Part shown: positions 55,823 through 64,000 of the stretch, piece by piece
Layout of the letters: every line of letters starts with the position of its first letter
Numbering within the stretch: the stretch's first letter is position 1
NCBI GenBank assembly: GCA_012295275.1
Contig: CM022675.1
Span: 14,818,001 to 14,882,000, forward strand
Direction of reading: 5' to 3'
DNA: 64,000 bases
Origin: Chrysomallon squamiferum
Lineage: Eukaryota; Animalia; Mollusca
The notes under the pieces: generated by a model
What the model saw: only the letters and a program-made list of their open reading frames with translations
Told to the model about the DNA's origin: nothing
Database searches by the model: none
Translations under genes and position numbers: made by a program

Positions 55823-57619
55823 AGATAAATTCATACGTCCTACTATGCAGAGAGAGATGAACATTTACGTGAGTATTTCATGTATGTAACCGCAGAAGGA
55901 ATGCAGCATGACACATTCTTTTTATTGTAATAAATTATATTCTTTCAGCGGGAAAACTTATTTATTTATTTTATTTATTTATTTTTACTGTCTGTACAGT
56001 TACATAGTCTGGAGCAAAATACAACCTGTTTGTGATTATACGTTAGAAGTGATCTGAATTATTATCTAGCGGTTATCGCAAAAAATATTCAACAAATGTT
56101 CTGATTGGTTAATCGTTTCTGCCCTAATTTTAAATTTATCTAGCGGTCATCACTGAAATCAAATAGGTAGAAAAGGAAAGTAACTGAAAAACTATTTTCT
56201 CATTGGTTGAACGCTTTGAACTCACTGTACGTTTATCTGAGTTCACCTAGATGTCGAAACAAGGATGGGACGTTTTTGAAAATAACAACAATAAAATGTT
56301 TTTCATGCTAACCTGATTCTCATTTGATTCTAATAAAGATGAAAGGGATTGATTAACTAATTATTGAACTGAATAGAATTAATTTATTTTTGAATTATAT
56401 TTTTAAAAGTTCCATCAAATAATAACAATAATAAAGAATAATATTGTGATGAAAACTAGTTAAAAATATATTAACGATAAAAACAACAACAAACAAACAA
56501 ACCAAAAAAAAAAAAAAAAACAACAACCACAAAAGAACAAAAAAATAAAAAGACAGGAACAAATAAAAAAACAAAAAACAAAACATATTCCAAGAAAAAA
56601 ATGAAACCAAAAATACAAAACAAAGCAACGACATAAACCCTCACAATGTAGCAGCATAATCAACACGAACCTCAATTTAATAATAATAATAAAATTCAAA
56701 GTTAGACAAAAATTACTGTCATTAACGCAAAATCAAAACACAAAAAGCTGAACTGATATTTACATTTTGGCGTACTACACGCAGAGCAAATATACTGGTT
56801 TAACGTTGATAATGCTACTTTAAAAAACTGTTAATTAATTCATTATTTCACTAACTACTGGCACGTCGGACAAGTCAGACTGCCCTAAGTTAAAGATGTC
56901 AGGTTTCCTCTCTCACATCATCGTTACATAAACGTAATAAATATATAAACTTGACATTTACCAAACATTCAGATAAATATTGTGAAAGGATTAGCTGTGT
57001 TTTACATTCACTCAGTCGCTATTAAAATCTCATTTCTGCTTTGCTGAAAAAAAACCCCATAATTATGATTCTTGTCAATACATCGATAGTGCTATAAATA
57101 GTTAGCTGAACTCCTTACATAAAACATACCTAATATCTTACAATATCTTACATATTTAATTAAAATTGATATGATTTATTTTTAATTCATTAACCCTAGA
57201 ATATGTAATGTACAAAACAAGATTTTATAGTATGAATTCAGTAAATAAAAAAATTAAAAATGTAAACTTTGCAGTCAGGCACATATAAAAACATGAAGAA
57301 TTAAATATTCATATAACACACAATATGACACTAGAAATGATAAAAGAAACCAAAACAGTTATTAAACAGTATTTCATTAAAACCTTACAGCGATTGTCAC
57401 ATTTGTTTTAACACACAAAGTTTAATTAAATTCTCTGTTTACATTTTCAACAGATGTCACATTCAGGAATCCTTTTATCTCGACCCACTTCTTCCTTTTT
57501 TTCCACTCTTGTTTTAAAACAAGTAGACGAAATATTTTAAACAGGTCGAAATTAATAATTTCAAAACCATCTGCTACGCCTGAACGTGACTGTTTTCAAA
57601 ACTTCAAACCTCAGCTTAC

Positions 57620-57628
57620 TATAAATGG
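57620..57628 (+). promoter_or_regulatory. TATA box of the CAP-domain gene
   Basis: TATAAAT about 56 bp upstream of the ATG at 57677. Confidence 0.55.
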
Positions 57629-57676
57629 AGGAAGCAATTTAGTGCAGACATCACTGATCTGAGAAACTTTGTAAAA

Positions 57677-60600
57677 ATGACTTTATTTCAGTTTATTGCC
57701 GTTTATTTGATGCTTCCAGTTTTCCAGTGTTTTCATACTGGTAAATATATTTAGTCCTATTCTTTCTTTTTTAATTTTAATTTCAATTTTTGTATTGTAT
57801 TGCATTGCATTGCTTTAAGTTACATTGCGTTGCGTTGTAATTATGTCTGTGTGTTTTGTGTTTATGTTTGGATTTAATAGTAGTGTTTGTTTAGTTTGTC
57901 TTGAAGGTTGAAAATGTAATATTTCAAAATTAAGTATAAATGATTTCCTTTCCTTTTTCTTCATGGGCGTAATAATATTGAAGTAATATTCGCAAAGAAA
58001 AGATGTATCTTCATTCCGATTAAAGCAACAAAAACGACAATAACAACAGTAATAAAAATAATCACCATCAAAGTAATCACATATCGGTGGAGGAGCCCTC
58101 AACTGAAATTCTGAAATCAGGAAAAACTCCGAAATTTGAAATATTTCGGACTCATTGCACACACAGAACTTATGTTATAGCATAGAATCAAATGCTTAAC
58201 TCCAATGGCATTGGACCTCCTATATATATGTAACGAAATTATTCTGATGAGAAAATCATTAGTATTTGAAAAGTAGTTTACATTATGTCTGATGTCTGGT
58301 TCACTGCCAGTTTTCACGAAGGTTTCAGTTACATTTAGGTATGATTACATTGTAGCCTACTTGTAAGGGTGTGATCATTTTGCCAAAACTCTTCATTACG
58401 GATAAAAACTCTCTTTTTGTCTTCACAACATTTGTCACAGCTAATCTGTATATCTGAAGTAATTTACAAGCTTTCTCAAACAAGATAAAGATGTATTCCC
58501 TTATTACTTTACGTCAAAGATGTCCGAAAAGAAATTAAAAATAGCCAGAATTACATTTACACCAGTCTAACTCTTTTTATTACTTATCTCTTTCAAACAA
58601 TATTAATTAGGAAACCATCTCAGAATGTGTGTTTCAAGTAGAAAACGAAGAAGTATCCTTTCTTGTTTTTTCATCAAATACTGCTCTTTGATTACTATTG
58701 GATCAATCTTCATAGCCCAAGAGAATGTTTTCAGAAAATATGCATTGTTTTCACAATGAAATTTCAGAGGAATTACACACATTTCCTAAGTGAATCAGAC
58801 ATTACACAAATTTGCTGAAATGTTCAGAAGTTATATATATTTCTTGTAACACACACACACACACATACACACACACACACACACAAAGATTTCGGATCAA
58901 TGCATTTCGGATAAGGGATTTTCAACCTGTACTGAATATGATGATAAAAAATTGGTTAAAATAATAATGTTTATGTAATGATGATGATTGCTATTTGTTT
59001 ATTTTATTTTCCATTTTTCTTTATAGATGAATTCAAGCAACGTGTAAAAAGAGCTGTAAGATATACTTAAATTTCATCAAATGCTTTCTATTATATGTAT
59101 AAGTGTATATGTATCTATGTGGGGGTACATCGGTTATCAACTGATATATCTCAGTAATTATGTATATATATCTGTGTGGGGGTATATCTTTTATCAACTG
59201 ATATATCTCAGTAATTATAAATGACCTGTCATAACAGAAAAGTTTGTATAAAGTAGCTTCAAGCTGACTTGAATTTCTAGATGTCTCTATACCTGTTACG
59301 TTTGAATTTCATTAAAATTATTGATACATTTGATTTATTTTATATTTTTATTTTCGACTTTCTTGTTTTTCACAGGGGTGTGAATATGATTTTTTTACTC
59401 CATCACATTCGATGTGCAATATGGGTCAGGGAAACGCAGTTCCACTGTTACCAGCCGACATCACTGCTGCCGTTGCAGAGCTCAACAACATCAGGAACAA
59501 TGTAGACCCATCCGCAGACAACATGGAAAAAATGGTTAGAATATTATAACATTTTTAGTTTCTCATATTGTAAAGAATATTACCTCCTAAACAACTTACA
59601 CCTTTTTAATTCTTTTTACAGCAGACAACTAAACAAACCTGTCTGCCTGTCCGAATATCATTCTCTCTCGACTAATCTATCCACCTATTTTATATCTGTC
59701 AGTATATATATATAAATATAAAACAAGAAAGCAACAATAAAATAAATAAACCAGCTATAACAAACATATTTAAATTGTTAACACTGCATGAACAGACTAT
59801 CAAAAATATAAATTACACGCACACACTCACATACATATATAAACGCGCACTGAGATGGATAATTATATAGCTATATATTATTTTGCAGATTTGGGATGAG
59901 GAACTGGCTAAAATAGCAGAAGCGCATGCAACACAGTGTACACAATATCCCGAACTCGAAAACGAACGCCAAGCTTTTGGTACATTTCTTTTTCAATAAC
60001 AAGACACATTTGTGTCTTTGTGTGTATTTTTTGTATAGAGTAAAAATGATAAAATGAAAAGATATTAAATTAAACAATATAAAAGGAATCAGAAATTATA
60101 TGTAACAAAATATTTTTCAGGTCTGCCTAACGTCTTGATTGGTCAGAACTTTTTCAAGTCAAGTAATGTCGAGTCAAACATACTTCCTGCAATAGCAAAT
60201 TGGGGAACACAAAAATCCCAATTTGTTTATGGAGATGATTTTGGTAATGCAATAACAGCTGCACATTATACCCAGGTAAAATGTTTCTATTTATCTTATT
60301 TAAAACTAATACTTCAGCGTCCTTTAACCCACCCGTTGTATACACCCACTAGGTTGTATGTTCTTGTATAATGATGAAATGAAATGAAATCTGCTATAAC
60401 GTGTTGGAAATATATTTAGTGTATAACGATGAGGAGAAAAAACTCATTCTCGGCTTATTTATTCTTGTCTGCGTGTCGCCAAGTCTTTCTGCACTGGTGA
60501 TAGAAACTGTATGTATCTCGTGGCGACAAAACAATAAGGTAGCAGCTAATCTGGATGTACAAAACGCTTTCATTTTAAAACATTTTATAATATTTTATAT

Positions 60601-63600
60601 TTGTTCTTTACAGATGATATTTCACCGGTCTTCAAAGGTTGGCTGTGGCATTGCTAACTGTTCGACTGGAGGTGTTGATAATACCGCTACTGATAAGAGT
60701 GTAGTTATTTGTAACTTCGCTCACAGGTAAGTAATATATTAATTATTTATTTTTGTTGTTTGTACAATAAATAACAACATCATCATCAACATCATCTTCA
60801 TTGCTAACAACAACACCAATAGCATTAACAATAGCAACAAAAAGAATAACCACAACAAGAACAACAACAAGAACAAAAACGACAATAATAACGGCAATGA
60901 TAACATTTATATCTGACTGATTTAATTATGTGAGCAAGAAATCATTAAATACATTTTTACTCTTCAGAACACATCACCATTTATTACTCTGATGTTTTGA
61001 AGTATGTCACTAAAATATAAACGGATATTTATTTAACTATCTAAGGAAAGTAATCTTAACTATTATTATAAGCATACGGTGTATTAAGAATAACAGTACT
61101 GGAAATATTAGAAAAAAACATACTGAAGTAATAAAATAATAATAATATTACATACTGTCAGTTTAAGAATTTAGCATATTTAAAAGCTGAAATGACCGTA
61201 ACTCAAACAACTGCATATTGTCAGTATCAAAAAGTCGAGTATTAAACACAACAATTGTAACTTTAAAAAACTTTTAATATTTGTTGTCAATATAAGCATT
61301 CAATATTTAAATATTCAAACAAGAATATTGTGTGGCATTTTTAAATACTGAAATGATAGTTATTAATTACATGTAGTTTAATGTTGAAACGAGAATATTT
61401 GGTATAAATCTATGGCAATTTTAAACACTGAAATGATAGTAACCAGACAGTTATTAATTACACGTATTTTCCCCAGCCCTCTGACAGTAAATGAGTTAGC
61501 GCAACCTTACTGTGCAACTGGCCTTGGCTGTGATACATGCGCCACAAAAGACGCGAATTACACATCACTGTGTGGTGAGTGGATTTTTACACTCAAAACG
61601 TGTATCGTGATTTTAATACTACTACTAATTTATACAACTATGTATCGTGATTTTAATACTCGTAATAATTTATACAGCTATGTATCGTGATTTTAATACT
61701 ACTAATAATTTATACAACTATGTATCGTGATTTTAATACTACTACTAATTTATACAACTATGTATCGTGATTTTAATACTCGTAATAATTTATACAACTA
61801 TGTATCGTGATTTTAATACTCGTAATAATTTATACAACTATGTATCGTGATTTTAATACTCGTAATAATTTATACAGCTATGTATCGTGATTTTAATACT
61901 CACTGTTGCAACATCGTGAAGAAAATACTTATTGCAATTATTTTATCTTTCATATTTTACTAAGTGAATCCATCATGATCAAGTGTAATAATGAGTTTTT
62001 ACACTGTAATATATTTTAAATTACTTTGTCGCACTGTGATGAAACGATATCATTTTTACATAATTATTCAGATTATTATATTTTACTAACGTTATCTTTC
62101 AGACTGTGGTGGAATGACGTGTTTCAACGGAGGAGATCTCAGCGTAAAAACGTGCACTTGTAGCTGCAAAACAAATTTTGGTTCACAGATTATTACAGGA
62201 AGCAAATGTGAAAATCGTAAGTAATCTCTCTCTCTCTCTCTCTCTCTCAGATAATGGCGAGGAATTGCCATGGATTGAATGTGAACACAGGATAAAATGG
62301 TGTGATGATTTAACTTCAAATATAAAAGGCAGCATACCGCTACGATGAAAAATGATTTCACGTGAAAGACTGGACGGGTGTTAGCCCCATATAAGTCTAC
62401 CCAAATAAGAAAATGTTCAGCCTAATTCAAATTAAGTAAATATTAAGTACATTTTCGATCTATCAGCAAGGTGTTAAGATATTGTCAGACATTAATTTAC
62501 TACTGTTATATTAACATTTTTTGTTTTGGTTCAGTTATCTGCCCCGCTGCTCCTCTAAACCCTGCATCCTGTAAGACGTCCTCATGCATCAAAGGCTTCG
62601 AGTTTGCTTACCAGTTCTGTCCTCAGACATGTGGAGTCTGTCCAGGTAAATGTCCGAATACAGACATGATCTCTCTTACTTTTTATAAGTAAATATGACG
62701 ATACCATTATGTATAATATCTATATCAACGTAGGGAAGTGTTGTATGTTTAAAGACATTAGATATTTACTAATTGTTGTCATATTAAACTGTTACTAACT
62801 GTTGTAACATTAAACATTTTATACTTGTTGTGATATTAAGATTTTAATAATTGTTCTCATACTGAAAATGTAGCAATTCCTCATTTCATTTTTAGTTTAA
62901 GATTAACCTGGGCTTTATTTATTACTTCTTTTTTGAAAATAAATTCAGACAATTGCACCCTAACGTGTCAAAATGGCGGATATCTGGTTCATGTGACAGA
63001 CACAAATGGAACCAGGTGTATGTGTTATTGTCCAGCACCGTTTAATGGAACTCAGTGTGGTAAGTAATATCAATCAGCTATAGACAGACAGATAGACAGA
63101 TAGATAGATAAATACTGAGATGTAGACTGACAGATAGGTAGAAGGTATCAGAGACAGAGAGAGAAAGAGAGTTTAATTGTCATGCGACAACAATAAAGAA
63201 TTACCTTAGAGGAAAATATTTATTCTGCAGCTTTTCATAGCTGTATATAAAAAAGATTATCTTAGTTATTTTTGAATGTGCAAAGTATTAACTTGACAGT
63301 TTATTTTACAGTTCTAGCCATCTAGTTCACTGAATATTACATATAAGTACACCTGTACTTGCAAATATTTATGTAACTTTCTTTTCTTTCCAGAAAGTAA
63401 ACCACCAGGTAATGTAAATTATTTTTATTTTGGAAGAATCGAATCTGTGCAATAAAATAAATTCTTGAGATTCAGTTGCACAATAGATTTCTCGTATAGT
63501 TCAAACACATAAACAAAAATTATATTGACTTATTATTTGGCTGTTTAAGATCACAAATAAAATAAATGCCTTGCTTTTCAACATATTTAAATCTGCATGG

Positions 63601-64000
63601 TCCATGAACTCCTTTTGTGAAATGTAGTCAATAATGTATGAAATTAAAGCTTGTTATCTGAAAGGCTTGAAGCTGATAAACTGTATTGTTCTGTGAACTG
63701 TCCCGGGTGATTAGAGTGTAGTTGCAGCGCTAGAATAAAAAATATCAGCGTTTTCTTCAGAACTGGCTAATTTTAGAAAACAGGTCAATTTGAGATTTTA
63801 TTGTATCATTTACTTTAATACATGCATTCATTTTAAACGTTTGATATGTCTAAGATATAATGTCAGTATTTCCTAGTAGTAAGCACATATATTATCGATA
63901 TATTAATTTCAGTTTTCTTGTCAAGCTACAATTTTACTTTAAAATATCTAACAGTTTTGTATTAATTACAGGATGTTCTCTGGTTTGTCAGAATAATGGA
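57677..64000 (+). CDS. Secreted CAP (SCP/CRISP/PR-1) domain protein with EGF-like and ShK-like modules; 3' end beyond the window
   Basis: Phase-consistent exons 57677-57740 (signal peptide), 59027-59055 (RVKR), 59376-59534, 59889-59979, 60121-60275, 60614-60726, 61477-61574, 62103-62216, 62535-62645, 62949-63059, 63394-63408, 63972->64000. CAP motifs NNIR...PSADNMEKMIWDEELA..AE.HA..C, IGQN, HYTQMIF..SSKVGCG and VICNF; CGGMTCFNGG..C.C.C (EGF); CPQTCGVC (ShK-like); CQNGG...C.C (EGF). Confidence 0.88.
58084..58929. mobile_element. Putative old non-autonomous Tigger-like element in CAP gene intron 1
   Basis: Right end CATTTCGGATAAGGGATTTTCAACCTG|TA resembles Tigger4/MER46-type TIRs (recalled, not searched). 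The left end is degenerate, with repeated CCGAAAT/CTGAAAT motifs at 58084-58150. Confidence 0.45.
59104..59217. repeat. 57-bp tandem duplication (intronic)
   Basis: TGTATAT...GTGGGGGTA...TTATCAACTGATATATCTCAGTAATTA twice. Confidence 0.85.
61600..61900. repeat. 40-bp minisatellite, about 7.5 copies, intronic
   Basis: Unit TGTATCGTGATTTTAATACT(ACTAC/CGTAA)TAATTTATACA(A/G)CTA. Confidence 0.95.

Noticed and set aside
61600-61900. 40-bp repeat array as CRISPR
   Set aside because: Pure tandem minisatellite without spacers.

Overview
AT-rich, intron-rich eukaryotic (animal) DNA with many microsatellites. It is probably a mollusc/gastropod; this is inferred from gene content and repeat style and was not verified. 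Most short ORFs in the track are intronic microsatellite noise, so genes were rebuilt by hand from splice sites and exon phase. Order along the window: (1) 5' end of a class I myosin gene (-); (2) head-to-head with it, a 353-aa C1GALT1-like core-1 beta-1,3-galactosyltransferase (+); (3) tail-to-tail with that, an unrecognised 225-aa secreted Ser/Thr-rich protein ending in a CX3CX5CX3C motif (-); (4) a 21-coding-exon STK11IP-like gene (-, about 1398 aa); (5) head-to-head with it, a HIG1-domain gene (+, 95 aa); (6) a decayed spliced minus-strand unit diverging from the CDK2 promoter; (7) CDK2 (+, 298 aa, one GC-AG intron, CCAAT/E2F promoter); (8) an unannotated minus-strand multi-exon gene or pseudogene largely missed by the ORF track; (9) two deleted Tigger/pogo-type elements and other MITEs; (10) a secreted CAP-EGF-ShK-like-EGF gene (+) that runs off the right edge. 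No CRISPR array, rRNA or tRNA was seen.
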